Below are positions 43,279 to 51,642 of a stretch of 64,000 nucleotides of DNA, piece by piece. Source of the DNA: Clostridia bacterium. GTDB taxonomy: Bacteria; Bacillota; Clostridia; UMGS1883; UMGS1540. Positions within the stretch are counted from its first letter, which is position 1; every line of letters begins with the position of its first letter. Location of the stretch: contig JAZNQN010000073.1 in the NCBI GenBank assembly GCA_045590195.1, positions 1,098 to 65,097 on the forward strand, in the 5' to 3' direction. Both the position numbers and the translations under genes were made by a program. The notes below the pieces were generated by a model. That model had not been told where the DNA came from and searched no databases. It was given only the letters and a program-made list of their open reading frames with translations.

Positions 43279-43550
43279 GATGTAAAAAAAGTCCAGACCG
43301 CAAAAAGATATGGAAAGAAAAAGGCTCCACTGTGTAAGGGGAGCTGTTGCGAAGTGACTGAGAGGTTGCGAGGTTGAAAAAACTCACAATATTCGTTTTT
43401 TCTAAGAATTTACATCTTTTTGCTACGAACAAACTTCACCTCTTGACGTACAACGTACGCCTGCGGGTTCAGTTTGTCCGTTCTGAAACATTTTTTCCTA
43501 TCCCTACGAAATTGAGCTGTAAAAAAATTAAGTTTTTTACAGCTCAATTT
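43279..43550 (+). repeat. Intergenic hairpin-rich repeat element, copy B
   Basis: Same module order as copy A. Arm L is at 43423-43442 and arm R at 43464-43483, both identical to copy A. The terminal hairpin is at 43509-43550. Confidence 0.75.
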
Positions 43551-43558
43551 TTATATTA

Positions 43559-44362
43559 TCAGTAATATTTTTTCGCAACTGCGCCCATGGAAAACCAAAA
43601 GCCACCGCAAACAATTGCAAAAACTGCGCTGAAAATAAGAAGCACAACTCCACCTGTCCAGCATATTGCAACAATTCCAAGGGCGTTTAAAAAGCCTGCA
43701 AGGTAGTATAAAATACCAAACTTGTCTTTTCCGAAAAGCGATGTAATTGATATAACGCTGCACAGAAAAAGGCAACCCCATATGCTCATAATTCCAAGCA
43801 CAATTCCAATGGGAAAGCGGAAAACGAGCGTGCAGAAAAGAATTATGGCAACTGTCATTGCGGCGCAGATGGGAACGCCGAACAAAACAATTATTTTATT
43901 AAAGCCTCTGTACCATACCAGGTCTTTGTGTTTTTTGGGGGCTTTATTTATTTTTGTGAAAACAATGCACAAAATTGCAATTAAAATTGCAGCTAAAATT
44001 CCAAGAATAAAGCCTATTCCCATTTTGCCGTCGAAGCGCTGAGTGGTAATTATGAAAGAGAGCATTTCGCCAATTGCAAGAATAACTGCGCCACAAAATG
44101 TTACAACATATTTTTTGATAATGTCGGCAGGAAAAAGCTGAACAACAAAGCAGAAAATTGCGGGCATAACTTTAAGTAAAGCAAAAACAAGGCCAAAAAC
44201 ACTGAAAAGCCCCGAGGTTGTTCCGTTTAAAAAGTTTGCAGGAATAACCTCTGCCTCGCCTGAAATGTAAGGCAGAAAAAGCGACAAAACGCTAAGGGCC
44301 GCCAAAAGAACAAAAACCATATTGCAAACAGAATATTTTTTAATCTTAGTTTTCTTAGCCAT
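43559..44362 (-). CDS. Hypothetical polytopic membrane protein
   Basis: 267 aa with about 8 TM helices. RBS GGGGAGG. The start overlaps the upstream stop (TAATG). Confidence 0.45.
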   Translation of the reverse strand: MAKKTKIKKYSVCNMVFVLLAALSVLSLFLPYISGEAEVIPANFLNGTTSGLFSVFGLVFALLKVMPAIFCFVVQLFPADIIKKYVVTFCGAVILAIGEMLSFIITTQRFDGKMGIGFILGILAAILIAILCIVFTKINKAPKKHKDLVWYRGFNKIIVLFGVPICAAMTVAIILFCTLVFRFPIGIVLGIMSIWGCLFLCSVISITSLFGKDKFGILYYLAGFLNALGIVAICWTGGVVLLIFSAVFAIVCGGFWFSMGAVAKKYY

Positions 44363-44892
44363 TACTTATCCTCCCCGTCAGTTTTTTTGTAAATAAGCTT
44401 GTGGGTAATAGTACCGTCGAACACAATTTTTTTGTAGCCAAGGTAATACGCAGCGGCACAAACCACAGGAGTTAAAATAACCGGAATTAAAAATGCAGGG
44501 TTTACGCTATCAAGCATAAAAATTTTACCATCTGGCTTTAAAAAGCCGATAAACGCCAAATTGTATACCTGATACGCAATATTCGCCCACTTAAAGCTGG
44601 CGGGCCAGAGAAACATAACAGCGCAAAGCAAAGCCGTTGGAATTTCTGCCATAGCGCCGATAAAAAGCCCCACAAAGGGCGACCTTTCTTTTGATATGAG
44701 CTTTCTTCCCTCGCGGGAGATATCGCGCCCTATCCAGTAAAAAAGTAAAAGGCAGATAAATGCGCTATATAAAGCCCCGCCAAATTTTACGTTTTCAATA
44801 AGCGGAAGCAAAAAAAGCATAAGAAAATAAACGGCAGTCATACATATTTTTTTTGCTGCAACTTTTATTGTTTCCAATAATATGCGTTTCAT
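44362..44892 (-). CDS. Hypothetical polytopic membrane protein
   Basis: 176 aa with about 5 TM helices. No family recognised. Confidence 0.45.
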   Translation of the reverse strand: MKRILLETIKVAAKKICMTAVYFLMLFLLPLIENVKFGGALYSAFICLLLFYWIGRDISREGRKLISKERSPFVGLFIGAMAEIPTALLCAVMFLWPASFKWANIAYQVYNLAFIGFLKPDGKIFMLDSVNPAFLIPVILTPVVCAAAYYLGYKKIVFDGTITHKLIYKKTDGEDK

Positions 44893-44921
44893 TTTAAAAT
44901 CCTTTCCGGGTTAAAAAATAA

Positions 44922-44954
44922 GTCGTTCCCTTGCGGAAACGACCCTATTTTTTT
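44922..44954 (-). terminator. Rho-independent terminator after hup
   Basis: On the minus strand: GGTCGTTTCC-GCAA-GGGAACGACTTATTTTTT. Confidence 0.65.
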
Positions 44955-44962
44955 AAGCTAAA

Positions 44963-45235
44963 TTATTTTACAGCTTCTTTTAAAGCTTTACCAGCTTTGA
45001 ATGCAGGAACGTTAGCTGCAGGAATGTTAACTTCAGCACCTGTCTGTGGGTTTTTGCCTTTTCTAGCTGCTCTGTGGCGTGTTTCGAATGTACCGAAACC
45101 TACAACGGAAACTTTGTCACCTTTCTTAAGAGCATCTGTGATTGTGCTAAGAAGCGCGTCGAGTGTTTCACCAGCGTCTTTCTTTGTTACATTTGCTTTT
45201 TCAGCAATTGCAGCGATTAATTCTGTTTTGTTCAT
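44963..45235 (-). CDS. hup: HU family DNA-binding protein
   Basis: 90 aa. [14 protein letters not shown]...[21 protein letters not shown] is canonical HU. Confidence 0.95.
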   Translation of the reverse strand: MNKTELIAAIAEKANVTKKDAGETLDALLSTITDALKKGDKVSVVGFGTFETRHRAARKGKNPQTGAEVNIPAANVPAFKAGKALKEAVK

Positions 45236-45272
45236 TCTAATATCCTCCTTAAGTTTTTATAACTTTAAGTGT

Positions 45273-45301
45273 ATTGTAACACTTTTAGTAGATAATTTCA
45301 A
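45273..45301 (-). promoter_or_regulatory. Sigma-A promoter for hup
   Basis: On the minus strand: TTGAAA, 17-nt spacer, TACAAT with an upstream TGT. The region upstream is A/T-rich. Confidence 0.5.
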
Positions 45302-45363
45302 CAGTTTTTTTAAAATTTTGATGATTTTTTTCAAAAATTTGTTAAAAAAACCGATTTCGTTAC

Positions 45364-45399
45364 CATTAAATGGTATTAAATGGCATTAAATGGTAAATG
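45364..45399. repeat. Three and a half tandem 10-bp repeats (YATTAAATGG)
   Basis: CATTAAATGG TATTAAATGG CATTAAATGG TAAATG. The spacing is one helical turn. The array starts about 63 nt upstream of the hup -35 hexamer. Confidence 0.8.
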
Positions 45400-45402
45400 T
45401 TT

Positions 45403-45621
45403 TCACTCAATTTTAAAATCTTCGGGATTAAATCTGTCTGCCTTCAAGGTTCTGATTCGGCGCACTTTGTACTTAAAAGGGTCGAAATCATATTTTTTGC
45501 ACACATAATTTCCCGGAACAATGTTTTTAAAACGGCAAAAACTTTCTCTGCTTACTGCGGGAGACACGGAGTGTTTGCAATATTTACAACAATGTGGATA
45601 CGATAAATTTTTGTAATCCAT
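45403..45621 (-). CDS. Small Cys-rich hypothetical protein
   Basis: 72 aa. RBS AAAGGGGAG. It has CCKYC, C and C residues, so it could bind metal. Confidence 0.45.
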   Translation of the reverse strand: MDYKNLSYPHCCKYCKHSVSPAVSRESFCRFKNIVPGNYVCKKYDFDPFKYKVRRIRTLKADRFNPEDFKIE

Positions 45622-45644
45622 TTAAGCTCTCCCCTTTGCAAAGT

Positions 45645-46586
45645 TTACGAATTCTTTTTAATAAATTCACAAAGCTTTTCGTAAGAAACAATACCTGTTG
45701 ATGCACCTTTGGCACTTACGCAGTGTGCGCCGGTAGCATTTGCAAGGCGGCCACATTCTGCGAAAGAAAGCCCTTTAACCATACCGCTTAAAAAGCCTGC
45801 GCAAAAACTGTCGCCTGCGCCTGTTGTGTCAACGGCATCGGTTTTAAAGCAAGGAATAACTATTTCCTCAGCATCTACTGCTTCTCTTAAATAGCAGCCA
45901 CGGCTGCCAAGCTTAATTGCAACCTGTTTTACGCCCATAGCGAAAAACTTGTCGGCAATTTTTGAAGGTTCTGTCTCCCCTCCTGCAAGCTCAATAGCTT
46001 CGTCAATTGAAGGAAGGAATACATCGATATAAGGCATTGAAGGGCCAAGAATTTCCATCCATCTGCCGGTTGCATCCCAGGCAGTATCAAGAACAGTAAT
46101 TTTGCCCATTTCCTTTGCTCTTTTAAGTACACGGGCGCAGTCTTCCCCGTCAAACTTATCCATAAGCATTGTGCCTGCAATGAAAACGATTTTGCTATTT
46201 TCAATTACATCCCAGTCAACATCATCATAGCAGAAAGTTTTGTTAGCGCCAACGGTATGTAAAAAGCTACGCTCGCCGTTTGAAGCCGACAAAACAACCG
46301 ATGCAGAAGTCTGATTTTCGGGGTCAATAGCGATACCCGAGGTTGAAATGCCCCATTTTTTCAGCTCGCCCAAAAGGAAATCGCCGAAACTGTCTTTTCC
46401 AACTTTGCCCAGTATTGCAACATCGAGGCCTATTTTAGCCATATCAATACCTGCATTCATAGCACAGCCGCCGCTGAAAACTTCGATAGACGAAATTCTT
46501 TCAAGAAGGCCGGGGCCGGGAATTTTATCAACGGGTTTAGTGATAACATCGGCAACCAAAATGCCAACGCAAGCAACATCTGTCAT
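45645..46586 (-). CDS. PfkB family carbohydrate kinase (ribokinase-like)
   Basis: 313 aa. The PfkB signature 2 is present as DTTGAGDSFCAGF, and there is an N-terminal GG motif (VFSGGCAMN). Confidence 0.85.
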   Translation of the reverse strand: MTDVACVGILVADVITKPVDKIPGPGLLERISSIEVFSGGCAMNAGIDMAKIGLDVAILGKVGKDSFGDFLLGELKKWGISTSGIAIDPENQTSASVVLSASNGERSFLHTVGANKTFCYDDVDWDVIENSKIVFIAGTMLMDKFDGEDCARVLKRAKEMGKITVLDTAWDATGRWMEILGPSMPYIDVFLPSIDEAIELAGGETEPSKIADKFFAMGVKQVAIKLGSRGCYLREAVDAEEIVIPCFKTDAVDTTGAGDSFCAGFLSGMVKGLSFAECGRLANATGAHCVSAKGASTGIVSYEKLCEFIKKNS

Positions 46587-46615
46587 AATTTCACAGCCTT
46601 TCTAAATTAGTGAAA

Positions 46616-46647
46616 GAAAAAAAGTGACCGCCTAAAAAGGTGGTCAC
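46616..46647 (-). terminator. Rho-independent terminator after rpmF
   Basis: On the minus strand: GTGACCACC-TTTTTA-GGCGGTCACTTTTTTTC. Confidence 0.7.
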
Positions 46648-46678
46648 AAAAGTACTGCCCAAGCCGAAAGCCGTAAGC

Positions 46679-46858
46679 TTACGCTTCTTTTTTAATGATT
46701 TCTTTACCCTTGTAGTAACCACATTCACCGCAGATACGATGAGGCATTATAAGAGCCTGACATTTAGGACACTTAATCATACCGGGTATTAAAAGCTTCC
46801 AGTTTGCTCTTCTTTTATTTTTTCTCGCCTTGGAGGTCTTTCTCTTTGGAACTGCCAT
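46679..46858 (-). CDS. rpmF: 50S ribosomal protein L32
   Basis: It is below the ORF-track size cutoff. My translation is MAVPKRKTSKARKNKRRANWKLLIPGMIKCPKCQALIMPHRICGECGYYKGKEIIKKEA (59 aa), with the L32 N-terminal signature and a CxxC...CxxC ribbon. Confidence 0.9.
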   Translation of the reverse strand: MAVPKRKTSKARKNKRRANWKLLIPGMIKCPKCQALIMPHRICGECGYYKGKEIIKKEA

Positions 46859-46861
46859 AAT

Positions 46862-47353
46862 TTACACCTCGTCTTTCAAATTAAGATTTTTAAGTTTTTC
46901 CCAGACTGCATCGCTTTCAAACGAAGTGCAATCACAGTCCGTAGTGTTTAAATTGCATCCGCATTTGGGACAAAGCCCTTTGCAGGAAGGTTTACATAGA
47001 ACACACATTGGCTTGTCGCAGATAATTTCTTCATAGAAAGCATCGCTTAAATCAATGCTTGTACCCTGAAGAGGAATTTCTTCTTCGCCATCGCCCACGG
47101 TGTTTATATAATCAATTGAAAAAGTTTGTACCGCCTCTCCGCCGCAACGTGCACACTCAGTTTTATACTCGCCCTTAAGGTTTGCAAAAACCTCAATAGT
47201 GCCGCTCATATTTTTGGCAAAGCCCGAAACTAAAACGGGTTTTTCAAAAATCATATCACTGCCGAAAACCTTTTCGTTTTCCATAGTAATTTCACGGCTG
47301 AATTTCAGTGTATAATCATAATTTGACAAAACTTCTGATAAATCAAGAATCAT
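46862..47353 (-). CDS. yceD: YceD family (DUF177) protein
   Basis: 163 aa, immediately upstream of rpmF, which is the conserved arrangement. It has the C-terminal Cys cluster C..C..C....CPKCG. Confidence 0.8.
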   Translation of the reverse strand: MILDLSEVLSNYDYTLKFSREITMENEKVFGSDMIFEKPVLVSGFAKNMSGTIEVFANLKGEYKTECARCGGEAVQTFSIDYINTVGDGEEEIPLQGTSIDLSDAFYEEIICDKPMCVLCKPSCKGLCPKCGCNLNTTDCDCTSFESDAVWEKLKNLNLKDEV

Positions 47354-47385
47354 AAAAATACACCTCCATAAAGCGAAACAATAGT

Positions 47386-47414
47386 ATTATATACCGAAAA
47401 GTGCCATTTGTCAA
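47386..47414 (-). promoter_or_regulatory. Consensus sigma-A promoter for yceD-rpmF
   Basis: On the minus strand: TTGACA, 17-nt spacer, TATAAT. Both hexamers are perfect. Confidence 0.6.
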
Positions 47415-47437
47415 GGTTTTTTTTAATTTTTTATTTT

Positions 47438-48790
47438 TTAATTAAACCTGTCACGCAATATGCAGCGAAGGAAATATATACTCAGTACAAGGGACATAAT
47501 TTCTGCAATCGGGAACGACCACCAAACATTATTTACATTTCCCGTAAGGGCCAGAAGATACGCCGCAGGAAGAAGCACTACAAGCTGCCTTGCAACCGAA
47601 ACTATAAGGGAATACACGCCGTTTCCAAGGGCCTGAAATACGGAGCCTGCAATAATACAAAAGCCTGCAAATAGGAAGCTGTAACTTATTGTACGAAGGG
47701 CAGGAATTCCTATTGCCAGCATCTGTGGCGATGCGTTGAACATTGACAAAAAAGCTCCGGGGAAAATCTGAAAGGCAAGAAAGCCAAGTATCATAATTGA
47801 AACCGCGTAAATTATGCTGAATTTAATTGTATCGGTAACTCTTTTTTTGTTTTTTGCGCCGTAGTTGAAGGCAACAATGGGAACCATTCCGTTATTAAGG
47901 CCGAAAATTGGCATAAATATAAAGCTTTGCAGTTTAAAGTAAACGCCGAAAACTGCAGTTGCGGTTGCGGTAAATGCAATTAAAATTTTATTAAGGCCAA
48001 ATGTCATAACAGAGCCGATGCTCATCATCAAAATTGAAGGAACGCCAACGCGGTAAATTTCTTTTGCTGTTTCTCCGTGTGGTTTTAAAACCTCTTTTGA
48101 AAGCTTAATTTCCTTATTAACCTTAATATTTAAAATAAGGCCTATAATTGCCGCACAAATCTGGCCAACAACTGTTGCCATCGCCGCACCTGCAATACCC
48201 ATTTTCGGAAAACCCAAAAGGCCGAAAATCATAATAGGGTCAAGAATAATGTTTATAATTGCGCCCGACATCTGGCTTACCATTGAAAAAATGGTTTTTC
48301 CTGTTGAAACCAAAAGCCTTTCAAAGGTTATCTGGCCGAAAATACCAAATGAAAGCACAGTACAGATTAAAAGATACCAGTATCCGCCTTCAATAATTTC
48401 GGCGTTATCTGTTTGAAATTCAAAAAACACTTTTGAAACCAATATGCCCAAAAGGGCAAAAACAATATAATTGATTATTGCAAGAAATGTGCCCGTATTT
48501 GCAGCTCGGTTTGCCGATTTATAGTCTTTTGCACCAAGGCTTTTTGAAAGCAGAGCATTCATACCAACGCCTGTACCCGAGGCAACTGCAATCATAAGGT
48601 TTTGAAAAGGAAACGCCAAAGATACTGCCGTTAGTGCGTTTTCGCTTATATACGAAACGAAAATACTGTCAACAATGTTATAAAGCGCCTGAACAAGCAT
48701 TGAAAGCATCATCGGAAGCGACATTGAAATAAGTAATTTATTTATGGGAACTGTTCCCATTTTATTTTCTCTTATCTGATTATTTTCCAT
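47438..48790 (-). CDS. MATE family efflux transporter
   Basis: 12 TM helices. N-terminal INKLLISMSLPMMLSMLVQALYNIVDSIFV is typical of MATE proteins. I moved the start to the ATG that follows AGGAG (MENNQIREN). Confidence 0.85.
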   Translation of the reverse strand: MENNQIRENKMGTVPINKLLISMSLPMMLSMLVQALYNIVDSIFVSYISENALTAVSLAFPFQNLMIAVASGTGVGMNALLSKSLGAKDYKSANRAANTGTFLAIINYIVFALLGILVSKVFFEFQTDNAEIIEGGYWYLLICTVLSFGIFGQITFERLLVSTGKTIFSMVSQMSGAIINIILDPIMIFGLLGFPKMGIAGAAMATVVGQICAAIIGLILNIKVNKEIKLSKEVLKPHGETAKEIYRVGVPSILMMSIGSVMTFGLNKILIAFTATATAVFGVYFKLQSFIFMPIFGLNNGMVPIVAFNYGAKNKKRVTDTIKFSIIYAVSIMILGFLAFQIFPGAFLSMFNASPQMLAIGIPALRTISYSFLFAGFCIIAGSVFQALGNGVYSLIVSVARQLVVLLPAAYLLALTGNVNNVWWSFPIAEIMSLVLSIYFLRCILRDRFN

Positions 48791-48933
48791 ATTTTTCTCC
48801 TGACTGTGCACAAATTTATCTATTATATATTTTACAATAAATTACTTCTTCTGTCAAATATTTTCGGGGTTTAAAAGTAAACAAAAAATATATACTAAAA
48901 ACATACCGAATTTGTAAAAAGGGGCTGAAAAAG

Positions 48934-49584
48934 TTGAAAATTAAAAATTTTTCATTTTTATGTGCTTTTATTCTGGTATCAGTTTATATATTATTTACCC
49001 CTCCAGCCGTAAATACTCTTTCAAAAAAAGGCTCAACAGGCGACGAAGTTATAAAAATTCAGCAGCGGTTGTCTGCCTGGGGCTATTATAGCGGCAAAAT
49101 TGACGGAATTTACGGCTCTGCCACCGTAGCGGCAGTTAAAAAATTCCAGAAAAAACATAGCCTTACTGCCGACGGGGTTGCAGGGGCCGCCACTTTGGAA
49201 AAGCTTGGCCTGCCTTCAGGCTCTACAGGAAACAGCGAAACTGTAAACCTTCTTGCAAGGGCAATAAACGGCGAAGCAAGAGGCGAGCCATATACAGGCC
49301 AGGTTGCAGTTGGGGCGGTTATTTTAAACAGAGTTTCTCATCCCTCCTTCCCTGGCACAATTGCGGGAGTTATTTATCAGCCCGGTGCATTTACCGCCGT
49401 TTCTGACGGGCAAATTCATGCACAAATGGAAGAAAGCTGTATTCGTGCTGCAAAAGACGCCTTAAACGGCTGGGACCCGTCAGGCGGCGCAATTTATTAC
49501 TACAACCCCAAAACCGCAACAAATAAATGGATTAGAACACGCCCTGTTATTGCCACAATAGGCAAACACGTTTTTTGTAATTAG
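48934..49584 (+). CDS. sleB: SleB-like spore cortex-lytic / cell-wall hydrolase with a PG-binding domain
   Basis: 216 aa with a TTG start and a signal anchor. It has a PG_binding_1 domain (GDEVIKIQQRLSAWGYYSGKIDGIYG) and a Hydrolase_2 core (ARAINGEARGEPYTGQVAVGAVILNR...VIYQPGAFT). Confidence 0.7.
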   Translation: MKIKNFSFLCAFILVSVYILFTPPAVNTLSKKGSTGDEVIKIQQRLSAWGYYSGKIDGIYGSATVAAVKKFQKKHSLTADGVAGAATLEKLGLPSGSTGNSETVNLLARAINGEARGEPYTGQVAVGAVILNRVSHPSFPGTIAGVIYQPGAFTAVSDGQIHAQMEESCIRAAKDALNGWDPSGGAIYYYNPKTATNKWIRTRPVIATIGKHVFCN

Positions 49585-49628
49585 CATTCCCCAAAATTTT
49601 AATATAAATATATGAAAGGAGAATTTTT

Positions 49629-49802
49629 ATGAACAAAACAGGCTTTGTAACAGGCTTAATTTCGGGAGCAGTTGTAGGCTCTATGGTAACAATGGCTATG
49701 GACCCCATTAAAGATAAGCAGAATAAGGCAATGAAAAAAACTGCCGGAAAAGCTTTTCGCACTCTCGGCAGCGTTATCGACACTATAATCGAAACAAACT
49801 AA
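49629..49802 (+). CDS. Small YtxH-like / glycine-zipper membrane protein
   Basis: It is below the ORF-track cutoff. RBS AAAGGAG, 8-nt spacer, ATG. Translation: MNKTGFVTGLISGAVVGSMVTMAMDPIKDKQNKAMKKTAGKAFRTLGSVIDTIIETN (57 aa). A terminator follows. Confidence 0.5.
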   Translation: MNKTGFVTGLISGAVVGSMVTMAMDPIKDKQNKAMKKTAGKAFRTLGSVIDTIIETN

Positions 49803-49824
49803 AAAAGCCCGAAAGGGCTTTTTA
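49801..49824. terminator. Bidirectional rho-independent terminator
   Basis: AAAAAAGCCC-GAAA-GGGCTTTTT, between convergent genes. Confidence 0.75.
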
Positions 49825-49832
49825 GTTTGCAA

Positions 49833-51341
49833 TTATTTTATAAGCGATTTTCCGCTCATATCAGAGGGCTGAGCCTCCTGCATAATCTGGAGCATTGTAG
49901 GAGCGATATCGCAAAGTGCGCCGCCTTCGCGAAGGGCACAGTCATACCCTACAACTGTAAGCGGAACAGGGTTTGTTGTATGCGCTGTGAAAACAGACTC
50001 TCCGTCTTCTTCAAGCATTTTATCGGCATTACCGTGGTCGGCTGTGATAATTGCAACGCCACCTTGTGCCTTAATAGCATCTACAACCTTGCCAACGCAT
50101 GTGTCAACAGTTTCAACGGCTTTAACTGCCGCCTCAAAAACGCCTGTATGGCCTACCATATCGCAGTTTGCAAAGTTAAGTATAATATTATCATACTCGC
50201 CGCTTTCAATTTTTTCTACAACTGCATCGCAAACTTCAAATGCGCTCATTTCAGGCTGAAGGTCGTATGTTGCAACCTTTGGAGAAGGAATTAAAACTCT
50301 GTCTTCCCCTTCAAAAGTTGTTTCAACGCCGCCGTTGAAGAAGAATGTAACGTGAGCATATTTTTCAGTTTCGGCAATACGGAGCTGTTTTTTGCCAAGC
50401 TTTGAAATGTATTCGCCGAAAGTATTTTCAAGGGTTTGCGGTTTAAATGCAACATCAACATTTGGCATTGTTGCATCATACTGTGTCATACAAACGTATT
50501 TTACGGGGAAATATTCTCTTTCAAAGCCTTCAAAAGCAGTATCAACGAAAACTCTTGTAATCTCGCGGGCTCTGTCAGGGCGGAAGTTAAAGAACACAAC
50601 CGAATCGTTTGCAGAAATTGCACCTTCGCCAAGATATGCAGGAATAATAAATTCATCTGTAACATCGTTTTTGTAAGAGCTTTCTACATATTCTGCCGCA
50701 TTTTCGCATTTGTCGGCTTTGCCAATCATAGCACTGTAGCCTTTTTCTACTCTTTCCCATCTGTTATCTCTATCCATTGCGTAGTATCTGCCCATTACCG
50801 ATGCAATTTTACCTACGCCGATTTCAGCCATTTTGCTCTCTAAATCACGGATAAAGCCTGCGCCTGATACAGGAGAAACGTCACGGCCGTCCATAATAGC
50901 GTGAACGTAAACCTTTGAAAGACCTTCACGTTTTGCCATTTCAACAAGGCCTGCAAGATGGTTTATGTGAGAATGAACACCACCATCGGACAAAAGGCCG
51001 ATAAAGTGAATAGCGCTATCGTTTTTTCTGCAGTTTTCTGCGGCTGAGAGAAGAGCTTCGTTTTTGAAAAAGTCGCCATCTTCGATAGCTTTTGTAATTC
51101 TTGTAAGCTCCTGATAAACAATTCTGCCTGCGCCAATGTTTGTATGGCCAACTTCGCTGTTACCCATCTGCCCATCGGGGAGTCCAACATGCAGTCCGCT
51201 GGCATTTATAAATGTAGTTGGGTTTTCGCTGAAAATTTTGTCAAGATTTGGAGTATTGGCAGCTTTAATGGCGTTGCCAACCACCTCGCTAGAATTACCA
51301 AATCCGTCCATAATTATAAGTGAAACTAGTTTTTTGCTCAT
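49833..51341 (-). CDS. gpmI: 2,3-bisphosphoglycerate-independent phosphoglycerate mutase
   Basis: 502 aa. IIMDGFG, GNSEVGH, DGGVHSH and ADHGNA are canonical iPGM motifs. Confidence 0.95.
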   Translation of the reverse strand: MSKKLVSLIIMDGFGNSSEVVGNAIKAANTPNLDKIFSENPTTFINASGLHVGLPDGQMGNSEVGHTNIGAGRIVYQELTRITKAIEDGDFFKNEALLSAAENCRKNDSAIHFIGLLSDGGVHSHINHLAGLVEMAKREGLSKVYVHAIMDGRDVSPVSGAGFIRDLESKMAEIGVGKIASVMGRYYAMDRDNRWERVEKGYSAMIGKADKCENAAEYVESSYKNDVTDEFIIPAYLGEGAISANDSVVFFNFRPDRAREITRVFVDTAFEGFEREYFPVKYVCMTQYDATMPNVDVAFKPQTLENTFGEYISKLGKKQLRIAETEKYAHVTFFFNGGVETTFEGEDRVLIPSPKVATYDLQPEMSAFEVCDAVVEKIESGEYDNIILNFANCDMVGHTGVFEAAVKAVETVDTCVGKVVDAIKAQGGVAIITADHGNADKMLEEDGESVFTAHTTNPVPLTVVGYDCALREGGALCDIAPTMLQIMQEAQPSDMSGKSLIK

Positions 51342-51389
51342 ATTATTTTCCTTTCATTGGAGTAATGTAGGGTGCAGCACGGTAGTGCA

Positions 51390-51642
51390 GAACGGACAAA
51401 CTGAACCCGAAGATGTATATCGTCAAAGCAAAGCAGACACGCTCCGTTTTGCTAATATTGCAAAAGCTCCGCTAATTTGCTTGCTTCTCCTTCTCCCCCA
51501 AAAGCAGGTCTGCTTTTCGGGGCCCCCGAAAGTCGCAAGACTTTAAGGGGAAAAGGAGCAACCGAGCGATAACGTCGGCAAAACGTATGTGTGCCGACCA
51601 AAGCGTGAGTTGCGACGTGCGAGAGGTGAAGTTTGTTCGTAG
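51390..51642 (-). repeat. Intergenic repeat element, copy C: the same 20-nt arms enclosing a 213-nt structured insert
   Basis: On the plus strand, GAACGGACAAACTGAACCCG (51390-51409) is the reverse complement of arm R, and GAGGTGAAGTTTGTTCGTAG (51623-51642) is the reverse complement of arm L. The element is therefore co-oriented with the minus-strand operon, as copies A and B are with their flanking genes. Confidence 0.75.

Noticed and set aside
41115-43560. Intact prophage or ICE
   Set aside because: Only five regulatory or replication-type genes are present. No integrase, excisionase, terminase, capsid, relaxase or obvious att direct repeats are found in the flanks that I could inspect.
43374-43565. 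63-aa ORF inside repeat copy B
   Set aside because: The equivalent region of copy A is interrupted by a stop after 11 codons and is in a different frame across the conserved arm. Copy C has no equivalent. It is therefore non-coding.
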